From the NCBI RefSeq assembly GCF_009914755.1, contig NC_060932.1: 64,000 nt of DNA. One strand, given 5' to 3'. Origin of the DNA: the human T2T-CHM13v2.0 reference genome, Homo sapiens. Below, in pieces: positions 1 to 15,376 of the stretch; positions within the stretch are counted from its first letter, which is position 1; the number at the start of each line of letters is the position of its first letter. The notes below the pieces were generated by a model, which saw only the letters and a list, made by a program, of their open reading frames with translations, made no database searches and was not told the DNA's origin. Position numbers and translations under genes: made by a program.

Positions 1-429
1 CAGGCTCATATATTCTATAAACCATTTTTCTCACTCATACATATTTTATCTAGAACCAGTCCTGAAGAAGATGAGCAATTCTGCACTGAATAAACATAGG
101 GTCTTGGTGAAATTCTTGCGGCAACCCGCTGGATGTTAACTGTCTCAACTTAGACCTATCATCGGGAGCCTATACTTAAAGGAGGCAGAGGCACAAAGTA
201 GAGATCTGTAAGTTTCTTTCTGCATAGCAAAAATTACATCGGCAACATTTCAGTGCATCTCAGCTGCTCTGATGGTACTCAATATCGCAGTGATGTTGTC
301 CAATAATGTGTCTTGAAGGGCCCAAACCACCAATGTTAGGGTATTAAGGTACACAGAAATACTAAGAAAGCTGCATCCATCCAATTCTGTCTTTTCTTTA
401 ACATGGGGATAGTGTTCTCAACCTCAGTC

Positions 430-545
430 ATCTCAACAAATCTCCAGAAAACCTTTGCCATTTTCATGTCTTAACTTCTTCAGAAATTGGACAGACGTCT
501 ATGCTTTGCATGTCGGGAGCTCTGTTGGTGTCTTATTCTGTTAAT
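430..545 (-). mobile_element. Possible ancient RTE/L4-type LINE ORF2 relic
   Basis: Degenerate minus-strand translation TN.EL...PISEEVKT*KWQRFSGDLLR resembles the RTE-clade C-terminal motif (NEEL...I.EEIK.RKW.W.GH.LR). Contains stops and a frameshift. Confidence 0.3.
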
Positions 546-1115
546 ATCAAAGTCAAACTAGATTAAAAAACAGATAAGATGACTATATTGAAAGAAAATA
601 GTTGGATTAAGTAACAGTCTCTTTGGGTCTGTTTTGGATATTCTAAGTAAAAGCAGAGAAAGAAAAGATGTTCTGTTTTGATTCTAATCCTAGGTCTTCC
701 CCTATAAAGAGCCTCTAATAAGTGTGGAATCCTGGGTAGAAATAAGACAGCCTTGAAATGACTTTGTAAGAATAGGTGGGTAAAAATTTATATTACTGTA
801 GAGAGCTACTAAGGGTGATAAGAAGGAAAAGGAAAGATTTTTAAAATCACATTTTAGAATTCATGTGTAATTCCTCACTTTTGTGTAACTAAGTCCAGGA
901 ACTTAAGAAGGTATTATGTTGAATTATTTTATTTCTATTCTAGGATTGAGTAGGTAAGTAAATATCTGAGTACTCGAATTCTCATTTTCAGAGAAATGAA
1001 TTACACATAAGAAAATGGGAAGGCCAGAATGAGCCCTATGGGTTTATATTGGAATTGGAGATAGCATGTACTTATGGTTTTTAATATTTATACAGAGAAA
1101 AATAGAAACAGATGT

Positions 1116-1901
1116 TGTTGCTGAGTCAAACCTGGGTCTGCTTTCCTGGGGGTGAAGTAAAGCCAAACATCCACACTGAGGTTTTGCAGTGGGAGAAAAG
1201 AGGGTGTTTATTTGCAGGGCACCAAGCAAGGAGAATTGGGCAGCTCATGATTAATAAATACACGGCCTCCCTGAGGGATTACAAGCAAGGGTTTTTAAAG
1301 GCAGGGGTAAATCTCAGGAAAGCAGAAGTTACAGTCGAAAGTGTAAATCGACACTTGGAGGTTATACATTGGTTTGGCCTAAAAAAGGTGGAATATCTTG
1401 AAGCAGGAGCTCACAGGTCATAGGTGGAATCAAAAATTCTCTGATTTGTGACTGGTTAGGAAAGTGAAGCTTCGTCTGAAATCCTGGGGTAAGCCGAAAG
1501 GAATGTTAAGGTCTGGCCCGTGGCATGACTTCTTCCAGGTCCTTCAGGAAGAAATTTAGAACAAAGGAGGGTGGTCAGAATTCAGTCCTCAGTTTCCCCC
1601 ATCTGAGGTCCACGTGCCAGCGGATTCATTTGGTGGGGCTCTAGGTTTCTGAAAAACAACTCAAGGACACGTGTTAAGATGTTATCTTTAGTTTCTACAG
1701 GGAACCAAACACCTTGTGGCTCTAACTTCCTTGACTATTCTTTTTAAGCTACAATTACCTCCTTACCAGGTTGCTCATTTGGTTCTCAGGGCTAGCTAGG
1801 TGTCTGTTATTTACTTTCCTTGAAAAACTCAAGATTTTGTTTCCATGTTTGCGGCTGGGGAGGGCAGCAGGCCTGTAAGAGGGTGCCCCTGCTCCGTCTC
1901 A
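1116..1901 (-). mobile_element. ERV1 (MER4-group, LTR39-like) solo LTR
   Basis: TG...CA termini, 4-bp TSD ATGT (1112-1115, 1902-1905), minus-strand AATAAA at 1207-1212. Subfamily tentative. Confidence 0.7.
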
Positions 1902-3325
1902 ATGTGTGTGTATTATACATGTATTTCTTCGCTCTGCCCACTAAGAGGATCTAGAAGAAATGTCTCTGCACCAGCGATGAGAACAATCAGCCCCCAATCT
2001 TAGATTCTAAAGACCATTCTCCAAAAAAAAGACACAGGGCTCCTTGAAGAAAAGGCTGAATGAAGAGCTGGAGCAAGGGAAGAACAAGACGAGCCTGGAA
2101 TATGTTGATAATACTGTAAAGTAGGAAAGTGTCCAAGGAATGTGCCATGTCACAGGACACACAAACCCCTATGAAGGGGCTCCCAATGGCCAAATCTGGG
2201 ATAATTTGAGCCAGAAACTAAATAATGACAGCAATGCATTATATCTCATAGAATAAAATAAGAATCCATGAGCCCATATTGACATAAATAAATACTTTTT
2301 TTTGGGGGGGGGGGGACAGAGTCTCACTCTGTCGCCCAGGCTGAAGTGCAGTGGCACAGTCTCAGCTCACTGCAAGCTCCGCCTCCTGGGTTCACACCAT
2401 TCTCCTGCCTCAGCCTCCCATACAGGCGCCTGTCACCACGCCCGGCTAATTATTTTTTTTGTATTTTTAGTAGAGACAGGGTTTCACTGTGTTAGCCAGA
2501 ATGGTCTTGATCTCCTGACCTCGTGATCCACCAGTCTCAGCCTCCCAAAGTGCTGGGATTACAGGCGTGAGCCACCGCAACCGGCCAATAATTTTAAAGT
2601 AAATAAATAGGGGAGAAAGGGAGACTCATCCTTTCTGTACAATTTCAGTGAAGTGAGAGAATTAGAAAATCACCACGTAGAAAGCACCACAGTCATAATT
2701 GTTTCAGGTAAGAATCCTCAAAGGATGCTAAAAGTGTTGGGTGAATGTCTGATGAGGACCAGGATATTTATTTTCAAAGTGTCTCCTCATCAGATACTGC
2801 ACTATTTGCAGAGGGGGAAAAAATAACTACAGTAATCAAGTAATCAAAGTGAATCTCACCAGAATGGATCAGTGTCCTGATATATGCATCAAAAATGCAC
2901 AACCTACATCTAATCAGGAAGACCCATCAGACAAATCCAAAGTGAGGCATATTCTACACAATAGCAGGCCTGTACTCTTCAACAGTGTCATGGTCATGAA
3001 AGACAAAGAAAGACCAAAGAACCACTGCAGATGAAAGGAAAGGAAGAGAACAGGACAACTAAATGCAACGTGAGATCCTTGACTGGACCGGACCAGAACA
3101 AAAACATGAATGGGACAACTGACAAAATTGGAATATCTAAAGATTAGATGATAGCGTCATATCAACGTTGATTTCCTAATGTGGATCTCTGAACTCATTT
3201 TACTCACATCATTGTGATTGTGTAAGAGGTTTAAATTTGGGAAGTCTGAATAAAAGATATACAGTAATGTTTTCGTATTTTTTAAAGCTGGAAATGATTT
3301 CAAAATGAAAAGTTAAAAAAAAAAA
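1902..3325 (+). mobile_element. Old L1M (L1MC-like) 3' region interrupted by an AluY and the LTR at 1116-1901
   Basis: L1M 3'UTR-like motifs such as gacaactaaatgcaacgtg and an A-rich end at ~3315. Boundaries approximate. Confidence 0.55.
2296..2586 (-). mobile_element. AluY with a G12 run in the tail and a small internal deletion
   Basis: Alu dimer, antisense. Confidence 0.9.
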
Positions 3326-3523
3326 TCCAAGCACTACTCTTTTGTGGATAGACAATATGTCCATCTGGTTTTGAACTTGGTAATTTCATTTGAATGTGAT
3401 AGTCCTGTATTTTACAGCACACTTCTAACCATGTTTTTACCCACCCAGAAGCTGAGAGTTCAGACTAGGTGATTAAATTCCATGATACACTCCACGGATG
3501 CAGTCATAGTCATAGGGCAATTA

Positions 3524-3838
<315 letters not shown>

Positions 3839-3960
3839 GTGTTGGTGTTGGTGGAGCCTGGGAAGGAAAGCTAGAAGCGTATGAAAAAGAGACAAACAAA
3901 ATTCTCGTCTTTTTTCCTTGCTGTCTTTTCTTCTGCCTTGCTGGCCACAATCAGCTTTAG

Positions 3961-4470
<510 letters not shown>

Positions 4471-6705
4471 TGACAGGCAGATTCAGAGGTGTTTGAGAGG
4501 AGACTAAAAATCTGGCTGTTGGTAAAGGATAAAACTGATTCAGGTTCCTGGGCAGCTGCTCATCCTCACGTGGCCTTCAAAGCCAAGATGAGCGCATGTG
4601 AAACAAAGGAGCCCAGGAGCCAAGAGCGGATGGGCACCCTCCCCAGGCGTCTTGCTACACTGTTGGCATTTTCCTGCAAGCCTGCGTTTCTGCTAGGAGT
4701 TAGAGGCTTCAGAAGTTTATTCTTCATAGTCCCTTTCCTTGGAACAGAAGACCTGGTCACGCCACTCAATCTAAATGAAAATAGCTTTAAATTAAACCTG
4801 ATATTTGATTTTTTTTTCTTCCCATGGGTTGTGTTGGCTGTGGGCTCAATTTGCATTGAATCTGATAGACCTATTCTAATATCCTTGCCTACCTGGAAAA
4901 AATTCAGCATACACTCATTCCTTTCCGAATCATTGAGAGACTAGGGGTATGACAAAATATAGCAGTTCCTCTACAGGTCATCTTAAGAATATTCATGTTT
5001 TTTAAATGTGAAATAAGCAGTGACGGGTGACACTGTGCATTTCTTACATTTTTAATACACCTCAGAGCTGCAAAGTGGAGCTGGTGGAAGTCATCCCTGC
5101 TGTATTCGTTTTCTCCTACAGAGAGAGAAAATCATTAGATTTTTGCTGGGGCAGGACATCCCATCTTTCTGTTTAGACCTTTAGACGCTGTGCATGTGCC
5201 TGGACTCCCAAGTAGGCGAGGTGACGCGCCCTCGCGGATCCAGCCTCCCAGGCTCAGCCTCTGTGCTTCCCCCCAGGTGAAATATGCAAAGATGCATGAG
5301 AAGTACTCATGGAAATGCCATTTGCACCAACTTCTAAATTTTCTTGTAGGTAAGGAAGCAAAATGGAAATGGGTGGATTTAAACATCAACTTGGAACACC
5401 TTCTCTTACCAATGCTAAACTTCTCCAGTAGAAAAGCTGTTTGGTCATATGCATATATGACTGGTTCCCACCTCCCACAGCCAGAGACTGCCTGCTGCCT
5501 GATCAAAAAAAGTGTCTAAAATGGAACCTTTTTGTCGTTGTTGTTAAATCTAAGACACCGAGATAGGGCACTCTTTCCCAGAAGGTCTTGCACAAATGGA
5601 GGGTCTTTAATGAATACTGATAAGTCTGAACATGAAATGAAAGATTAACAGCTATGTAAGCCAGTGACAGATGTTGCAAACCAGTACAGCACAGCCTCGT
5701 ATGCCGTCAGCATCACTCCCGACAGCACTAAAGTAGAACAGCTCATTAATATAGAGAACATCTCCTGTCTTTCTTCTGCTTGAAAAGAGCCACTCAGTTT
5801 CCTCAACACCAGACTGGTTGTTTTAAACACTAGTTAGAATTTATTGTTTTGGCCTGGCCTTTTGGTGGGGAGCTTTATTGTTGAATTTAATTCGTACAAA
5901 TCTCGTTATGTTTAAATTATTTTGCAGCAAAAACAAAAATGAAAGACAGTGCTAACGTGTACAAGCAATTTTCACTTATATTCTAAGACACAGAAAAATA
6001 TCAGAAATGCATATAAATAGCATTTTTAAAGGTTTGACTCATCTAAACCAGGCAACAGTCATAAAAATAAAGCAAATTAGAGATAAGAAGACACAGAAGG
6101 GAAACTGCTCAGTGTCCACCAATCAGTAGAAAAGCCCTAATCAGAAATAGGAGTTCTGGAAAGCCAGGCCAGAACAAAGAACAGAAGGGCTGGGGGCAGT
6201 AGAACAAGATATTCTTTTGCCACGGTGAGATCAGGAAGTTCTCAGATAGACCACAGCTTAGATGTTGGTCCATTTTATTTTTCATCTCCTCTGGCAATAC
6301 ATATTATTTCAGAGAATGAACATTTTAAATTTGAATGGAGCTATGTCAAATGCAAACTCCTTTTTAATTGTCTCAAACCATAATTTATAGATATCTCAAA
6401 AGTTTAAATAAAAATAAGGATTGTGTGATTTTTCAAAAAAATGATGACCTACTTTGAAGAATCCCAAAATGCAAGGAATACACTAACTAAACCAGGTTAG
6501 TAAGGAAGCCTGTGTATTTTCAATGACAAAAGCAGCTCTCAGACATTTGTGTGGTGGTTTTCTGGTAATTAGGTATTTGAAGTTGAGTTAGGAAAGGATT
6601 GATCTAGACGCACAAGGAGAAAGAAAGCAGAGAACAGGAAAAATAAAGGGTTAGGCATATTATTATTTCAGCAATTCCTAGCTTGACCATTAATGTAATA
6701 TGACA

Positions 6706-6970
6706 TTTTTATTTTATTTATTTATTTATTTTGAGATGTTGTTTTGCTCTTATGTGGGCTGGAGGGCAATGGTGCAATCAGCTCACTGCAACCTCTGCCT
6801 CCTCGGTTCAAACAATTCTCGGGCCTCAGCCTCCTGAGTAGCTGGAACTACAGGGGCGCGCCACCATGCCCAGCTAATTTTTGTACTTTTAGTAGAGATG
6901 GGGTTTCACCATGTTGGGCAGGCTGGTCTCGAACTCCTGACCTCAGGTGATATACCCGTGTCAGCCTCCG
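6706..6970 (-). mobile_element. AluS, 5'-truncated
   Basis: Antisense dimer lacking its first ~35 nt. Confidence 0.85.
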
Positions 6971-7326
6971 AATATCATGTTATTCTTTTGCTTCATGGCA
7001 TTCACCACAAACTATCATTATTCAGTTCATTTATCAGTCAGTTTATTCCCTTTCAGATGCAAGTTCTGTGTGATCAGAGAGCCAGCCTGCCACCTTCAAA
7101 GTTCTAAAGATAAAATTTGGCCCAGGGCCTAACACTCGGTAGACAGGCAAAGATAATTTTTTTAAATAAATAACAAGTACATGAATGAATGAATGAAATT
7201 CATAATCAATAATTCAATACAGAATCAGTAAGGAAAAAATTAATACATACATTAATGGAAAATGAAATTAGATTTTTTAAAATTTCATGCTCTTCCATTA
7301 CAGGCAGTCCCATTATATAAAGGCTG

Positions 7327-7630
7327 GGGCCCGGCGCAGTAACTCAAGCCTGTAATCCCGGCACTTTGGGAGGCCAAGGCAGGTGGATCACTTGAGCTCA
7401 GGAGTTCAAGACCAGCCTAGACAACATGGGGAAACCCTGTCTCTACCAAAAATACAAAAAATTAGCCAGGTGTGGTGGTGTGCACCTGTGGTCCTAGCTA
7501 CTTGGGAGGCAGAGGAGGGAGGATAACTTGATCATGGAAGGTGAAGGTTGCAGTGAGCTGAGATTGCACCACTGCACTCCAACCTGGGTGACAGAGTGAG
7601 ACCCCATCTCAATAATAATAATAAAATAAA
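7327..7630 (+). mobile_element. Alu (J/old S)
   Basis: Full dimer, (AAT)n tail. Confidence 0.88.
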
Positions 7631-8044
7631 GCCTAAGTGGTCTCTAACATTCTATAACTGAGAACTGACTCCTTCCTGAGTCTCCCAGGGATCCATGGGA
7701 CCTATAACATAGGCACACCCATCATCAATGCACGTGTTTAGGTGGCTTTGACTACTTTGGAGTCATCCTGCAGGCTTTTATCTGCTGCCATTTTTCTAAA
7801 GCTTCCATCTGATTTACAAAGGCTCTTAAACTAGAATTTGGGAAGGAGTCACTTAGAGAAAACATTTGCTTTACTTTCTTCTTCTCAATTTGCTGAGGAA
7901 GCATTTCTTAAAACTCTATGGGGAGAAAAATTTGCTCCTCAAAAGCCAGCTGGAACTGAAGAAAACGTTGTCTAAGAAAGTATTGATTGTCAGCAGAAGA
8001 GAGAGTTATGTGAGGGCAAGTTTAGTTTTTTATGATACAATTGA

Positions 8045-8666
<622 letters not shown>

Positions 8667-10195
8667 CTTATGATATAATTTTAACCTCATTTTAGAAGTC
8701 GGGACTTAATGAGGACTGAAATCAGGACTTTGGGGCAGCTTGTATAATTACAGCTCCTATAATCCTTGTCAACATGATGGAACTACAAGACCCTCCTGAT
8801 CTTTGAGTCTGTCACTATGAGCCACTTCCTGAAAGGAAGCTCCAGCTTCTACCTCCACTGGGAAGGCTCAAGTCATCTTTGGCCCCGAGGAGAAGCTAGG
8901 GATGCCAGTGTTCAGGCCCCCACAGCAGAGGCGGGCCTGTGTCAATATTGCAGGGAGAACCTGCTCTCTATCGCCAGACCTCCACAGTAAGGACAGGCAC
9001 TCTCGGTGCTGATGAATTTGGAAATAGGAAAATTGGCACAATCTTAGAATGGGATCTTCATTTAATAAATGAGGACTTGGAACCCAGAGAGGTAAAGTGA
9101 ATTCTACAAGATAAAATCATGGTAGAAAAATCGTGGCACAGCATATAGATTCTAAGCAGAGAGAAACTAAAGGTCATGTTTTAGGGTGCAACAAAGACAT
9201 GTTAAGTCCTTCTGTCCAGTGCAATCTATGTTTCAGGAAACCCCCAGCCTGAAAGTTGTTCTCTGCAGGAGGGGTTATGGAGAAAAGACCACAGATTGCC
9301 CCTTTTGCTACTGCAGTACCCACAGACAGGAGACAAAAGGAGACGCCCGTGTAAAAGGAAATGCGGCTGGCATATTGCAGCAAGAACAGAAAGAAGTTCT
9401 AGCCATTGTACACATCTGAAAAGAACCCAGTGAGGGAGAGCAGCCCCTGGAATAACTGAAATAGAAATTAATGAAACCAGGACATTAAAATCTAAGCTTG
9501 ATGTGACTGTGCTCAGATCTAGAGACGTTTCTGCACTTAGTAGAAAAACTCCAATATGTCGATAAAAGCATCCAGACTCTACCCTGCAGGGAACAGAGGA
9601 GAGGCGCGGCAGTGAGACACAGCCATGGCAACAGAGAGGAAGGTCCTGACCGGACATCTCAGAGATATCGCCTTCAGCCATTGCCAGCTAAGGCTTCATC
9701 AGGGATTCCCAACACCTGGAGCTATCACCTGCACAACAGTGAACCCCAGCGAACTGTGGGGGGGGCACCAGTTATAGAAACCGTATTGGCTGAGGGGTTT
9801 AGCAAACTGTACAAACTGTACAGTAACACATCCCACACCAAGGCTTCTGTCTCTGCAAATGAATCCCTTTAGAGAGTCCCACATTCCTGAAGAGTTGTTG
9901 GAGGTAGGCGTTAAATTTGCCAAGCTACCAATATAAATTTTATCAGCTCACAAGACTGGGGCCGCATAGAGGTCCCCATGGAGTCACACACTATGCAGAG
10001 ACCTACCTGGAGACAGGCTGTTCCAGCCTGGGTGTGCAGCACATGACACACACTGCTCCACGGCTCTAAGAGTCAGGGAAACTGGGAAGGCAGATGTTTA
10101 TATCCAGAAAAAGCATGAATTGTGGAGTTAGGCAGAACTGGGTCAGAATCCTGGGCCCTACCACTGATTGACCCTGGCTAAGTAAATTAAGTTGG

Positions 10196-10592
10196 TGTCT
10201 TAGTCACTTAGGCTGCCATAACAAAACACCAGGTATTAATACTAGCTTGAACAACAGGAATTTATTTCTCACAGTTCTGGAGGCTAGAAGTCCAAGATCA
10301 AGGTACCAGCAGGGTGTCTAGTGAGGACTCTCTCCTTGGGTTTGCAGATGGCTGCCTTCTTGGTGTGTGCTCACTTGGCCTTTTCTCAGTGTGTAAAGGT
10401 GGAAAGAGAAAGAAGAAGCTAGCTCTCTGGTGTCTCTTCTTTGGGCACTCATCTGATCATATCCATCCAGCCCTCATGCCTCATCTAAACTTCATTACTT
10501 CCCAAAAGCCCCATCTGCAAATACCATCACATTGGAGGGAGGATAGGGTTTCAACATATTAATGAGGGGAAGACACAATTCAGTCCATAGCA
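10196..10592 (-). mobile_element. MaLR solo LTR (MLT1A-like) inserted in a MIR
   Basis: tgtcttagtc...cagtccatagca. Perfect 5-bp TSD GTTGG. Confidence 0.85.
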
Positions 10593-10784
10593 GTTGGCCT
10601 GTGAGTCAAGTGACTTTCTCCTTCCCAATCTGTGAAATAAAGACAGCACTGTTAAAAGAATTAAATAACCTACTCTACTGAAAAAGGCAGAAAGCTGTTA
10701 GCATAGTGCCTGGTTACATGGTAGGTACTCATATTCATTTTCTGACAGCTATCTAGACCATAAACCTGTGGACACTTCCCCCGA

Positions 10785-10985
10785 TTTTTAAAATATTGCG
10801 ATAAAATCTGCATAACATAAAATTTACCACGTTAGGCATTTTTAAGTGTACAATTTGGCAGTGTTAAATGTATTCACGATGTTGTACAACCAATCTCTAG
10901 AATTCTTCTCATCTTGCAAAATTGAAATTCTTACCCATGAACAACTTACCCATGAAAGAACTCCTCATTTCTCCCTTCCCTAAAA
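10785..10985 (-). mobile_element. L1MB 3' end fragment
   Basis: ataacataaaatttacc...ttttaagtgtacaatt...tattcacgatgttgtacaacc is a typical antisense L1MB tail. Confidence 0.7.
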
Positions 10986-11058
10986 TTTTTAATTAAAAGG
11001 AACAAATTAAAAAAAATCAAGAACTTTAATTGCTACTCTAACTAGCTGCTAAGAATCT

Positions 11059-11358
11059 TCTTTATTTATTTATTTTTTTGAGACGGAGTCTCTCTCTGTC
11101 GCCCAGGCTGGAGGGCAGTGGCGAAATCTCGGCTTACTGCAAGCTCCACCTCCCAGGTTCACGCCTTCTCCTGCCTCAGCCTCCCGAGCAGCTCGGACTA
11201 CAGGCGCCTGCCACCACACCCGGCTAATTTTTTTGTATTTTTAGTAGAGACGGGGTTTCACTGTGTTAGCCAGGATGGTCTCGATCTCCTGACCTCATGA
11301 TCCACCCGCCTCGGCCTCCGAAAGTGCTGGGATATAGGTGTGAGCCACCAAGCCCGGC
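11059..11358 (-). mobile_element. AluY
   Basis: Antisense dimer with Y diagnostics. Confidence 0.9.
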
Positions 11359-11377
11359 AGAATCAGATTTTTCTAAC

Positions 11378-11722
<345 letters not shown>

Positions 11723-11940
11723 ATGCAGGAACAAGCAATGAATTAAAACTGTCAATACAGAATGATTGATTTGGTAAAACTCTATCTTTAAAAGATTATG
11801 AGGGTTCAAAATTACCATATTATATTCAAACTCTGTCAAATGGAAGCCTACAGAGTCATTACAAAGGTTGTTTGCACGTCCAGCAAATACTTAGCAGGTC
11901 TATGTGAATGAGGCAGGAAAGAGAACAGGAAAGTTGTAAG

Positions 11941-12070
11941 GCAGGGTTTTCCAGACTTTCCTGATAATGATCACCCGAGATACTTGTTAAAACTACAAAT
12001 TCCTGGGCCCCATCCCAGACCCACTGAATCAAAATCTCCAGATTGGATTTCAGATGTAATGTTCTAAAAC
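11941..12070. mobile_element. MER5-like hAT fragment
   Basis: cttgttaaaa...attcctgggccccatcccagacccactgaatcaaaatctc. Confidence 0.6.
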
Positions 12071-12316
12071 AACAGTCTTCTAGAGGGTAAGAAATCTGTA
12101 TCCAAGAAAAAGAGCTGCCCAATAATGCTGATGACGATATAAAGCAAGTACTTGAGGATGGTAGCTCCCATCTGTCAGGTTCTGAAAGGTGAACTTAAAG
12201 GTTTGTTCCAAGCACAGAGGCACATTTAGCCACAAATGAGGCACACTGCTAGGGGACACTGCTAGGGACACTTGGAACAAAATCAGGGATAGGGCACTAT
12301 GGGATGTGGTAGACAG

Positions 12317-12370
12317 GAACTAAGAGCACAAGTCATGAACTAAGGGCACAAGAAATGAACTAAGAACACA
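12317..12370. repeat. 20-bp minisatellite, ~2.7 copies (GAACTAAGRRCACAAGNNAT)
   Basis: GAACTAAG at 12317, 12337 and 12357. Confidence 0.8.
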
Positions 12371-13381
12371 GGGGGAGGTGGAAAGGCTTACACACGGCCA
12401 TGTGTTCCTTTCAAAACATGATATGACTTGGAATCAGTTTATAATATCTTTGTATTTGTTTTTTGACAGTGATAATATCAGCAATTTAAGAAGTCAAGAT
12501 GGAAACTGAAAACAAAAGCTAAGTAGCATGTCTTAGAGACCTGCCTGTGTTACCTGGGGCCTCTGGTGCAGGGAGCAGCCCCTATCGCAAGCAACTAGGC
12601 GGATAAAAAAAAGGAAGATCTCCAGGGTCCAGGGGATGCAGTGGGGACAGAGCATGGAGATGGAGAGAGAAACCAGGTCACAAGAGGAAGTTAGCTTTGG
12701 GTCTGAGTTGGGAGACCCAGATGTTTTGTGCCAGATGAAGCCTCCAGCCTTGTGTCCCCTGCCTGGCTCCCACTAATACCAGTCTAAGAGAACAGGCACT
12801 CATAGTCTTCTAACCTAATTATTCTATGCACAGTTACAAGTGAGGGTTTTAGTGCCAACATCGGCACCAATAATTCCTTACTCAGTATTATTTATTCTCT
12901 TTATTTTAATACCGCTGGCATCCATCAGAAAGAATACAAAAGAAACACTTCCTGGCAAAGTCCAATCAATGCTCTTAATTTGCTACAAGGTGAGTTTTTT
13001 TTATTTCTGCACATATCTTCCGCTTCTAATAGTCCAAGCATTGACTCACACACAATTCCTGTTGCTAGATTTCCCATGGCTTTCCTTTCTCATTGAAGGA
13101 TTAATAGATTATGCTTAACCACAGTCGTTAAGAAGGCAGAGGTGTAGGTGGAAGAGGAAGTGCAGACTGTATTAAAACTATGTTAAAAAAAACTCCTTTG
13201 TCTCTATAAATCCTAGACTGAACCACGGGGCTCCAGACAAATCAGTCTGTCTCAATTCCCACCTCCTTCAGATCTGCAGTACTGAAGCAGAGTGCATCAT
13301 TCTGAATTAACGCTATTCAAGTCAATGATGAAAAACACAAACAATTGTAAATCCCTTTTGAGATTGCAACATTCTACAAGA

Positions 13382-13415
13382 GCTGCTGCTGCTGCTGCTG
13401 CTGCTGCCGCTGCTG
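13382..13415. repeat. CTG/CAG trinucleotide repeat (GCT)8 GCC (GCT)2
   Basis: Read directly. Confidence 0.95.
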
Positions 13416-14414
13416 AATTGTGGTTCAACAGTAAAGTGAGAACTATTCAAGGTCAGAATATGAGTAAGGCAGGGAGGGAAGGCTGGAAAAGATAATTACA
13501 TTTTTGAGGGTCCTTATGTTTTTAACACCATTAGATTCTCAAAAGGCCCAAACTTAAAGCACGTCTGTGGTTCCTTAAAATATATATGCTCTATTAAAGA
13601 CTGTGGCAAGTTTTCAGCAAATACGTAGGAAGTGATCTATACCAAATAAAAGCAGATTTTTAGAGTATTACATTTCTCTGATAGGATGATCTTAGAAATT
13701 ACCTCTCTAGAACTAAGGAATTCAAAGAACACATTTAAAGGCTAAGTTAGCCTTTCACACCTCCTAAGAGTAAGATTACACTTGAGGAAAGGATGGAGGA
13801 TGGGAGGGAGGAAAGAGGAAGGAAAGGATGGAGGATCAGAGTACAATATTATCCTTAGTGCAAAGAAGAAATGTGATGACCAAGCTAACTTTTTAACAGC
13901 AGGCAGCATGTTATTGATCCAAGGCTTGCCAGCCATCCAAATTATTCTTTGGTCATTGTGTCTGAATAATAGAGATAGAAAACCATATTATCCATAGGAA
14001 TGGAATATTTTATCTCAATCCCACATAGGAAATGTCTAGGTATAACACTACGGGAGAAGTACTGGGGAGAAATGAATCCAAATTTTGTGGTAATCAGGAC
14101 AGAAGCTGAGCCTGTGCAAGCAATTGCTCACAAATCAATCCCATGGCAGTTATGGAGGCCTTCAGCTCCCCAGAGAGGGCCACAGTGATTGGGGAAGGTG
14201 TCCCCCGGGGGTGGTGGCGAGCACTCTGTGACGCAAGGGATCCCTGGGGTGTGGAAGATGTAGTAATAATGAAAATGCAGCAATTAACATTTACTAAGGA
14301 CTTCCTATATTCCAGGCACTATGCTCAGGGCTTTACGTACATCATCTCATTAAACCCACACAATGAATGGGCTAATGCAATACACACATTATCTCATTTT
14401 ACAGATTAAGAAAC

Positions 14415-15376
14415 TATTAGCGGTGGAAGAGATCCAAGTTACCTGCGGCGTACCTGTACTGGTCAGAAGCAACTTCAGTCCTTGCCTCCTCAGAAGAAAG
14501 AATTCGACTGAGGGCCATAAAGCAGAATCCAGGACAGGAGTGGAAGTTTATTTAAAAAGCCTTTGGAACACGAAAGAGCGGGGCGCGGTGGCTCAAGCCT
14601 GTAATCCCAGCACTTTGGGAGGCCAAGGCGGGAGGATGACGAGGTCAGGAGATCGAGACCATCCTGGCTAACACGGTGGAACCCCGTCTCTACTAAAAAA
14701 AAAAATACAAAAAAATTAGCCGGGCGTGGTGGCGGGCGCCTGTAGCCCCAGCTACTCAGGAGGCTGAAGCAGGAGAATGGCGTGAACCCGGGAGGCGGAG
14801 CTTGCAGTGAGCCGACATCACGCCACTGCACTCCAGCCTGGGCGACAGAGCAAGACTCCGTCTCAAAAAAAAAAAAGAACAGGAAAGAAAGGAAAATTCG
14901 CTTGGAAGATACCCAAGCCGTCGCCTGAAGGTCCAAGAGAGAAGAGAGCAAAAAAGGGCCTTTAACCTTGATCCTAAAACTTTACAGGCTCACCTCTTTC
15001 CCATGATTCTTCCCTCAGCGTGGGTTTCCCGCATGCGCAATGCTTTCCTTAGCCTTTGGAATTGAGCACGCGCAGTGCGTTTAGGGAGTTACACGCATGC
15101 CCACCTGAGACTTTTTCCTTTTTCCTGTGGCGTGTACCCCGGAAAGTCATACTTTGCCATTTTATCTCTTAACACACATGCCCAAGAATCTGCTTCTCCC
15201 TGGGATCTGTATTCAGTTAACACTTTTAATGTCAAGGTTATGGACCATCAGGAGATTGTCTCTCCCTGGCTGCTGAATTATGATTTTTAGAGAGGCAATG
15301 CGATAACTGTGGAACTGTCATCCGACATTTCTAGTGCGTCGGGGGAGAGCCCACTCTTGCCTATCTACCTGTAACA
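14415..15376 (-). mobile_element. ERV1 solo LTR (MER50-like) containing an AluY and inserted in a MIR
   Basis: Reverse complement starts TGTTACAGGTAGATAGGC. 4-bp TSD AAAC at 14411-14414 and 15377-15380. Subfamily from memory. Confidence 0.75.
14578..14876 (+). mobile_element. AluY inside the MER50-like LTR
   Basis: Full dimer with Y diagnostics. TSD gaaca(c/g)gaaaga at 14566-14577 and 14877-14888. Confidence 0.93.

Noticed and set aside
12241-12370. Short direct repeats as a CRISPR-like array
   Set aside because: Contiguous 14-20-bp tandem units without unique spacers, eukaryotic context and no cas genes.
13292-13495. Poly-alanine ORF over the GCT repeat
   Set aside because: Short, non-ATG start and no splice or coding context.
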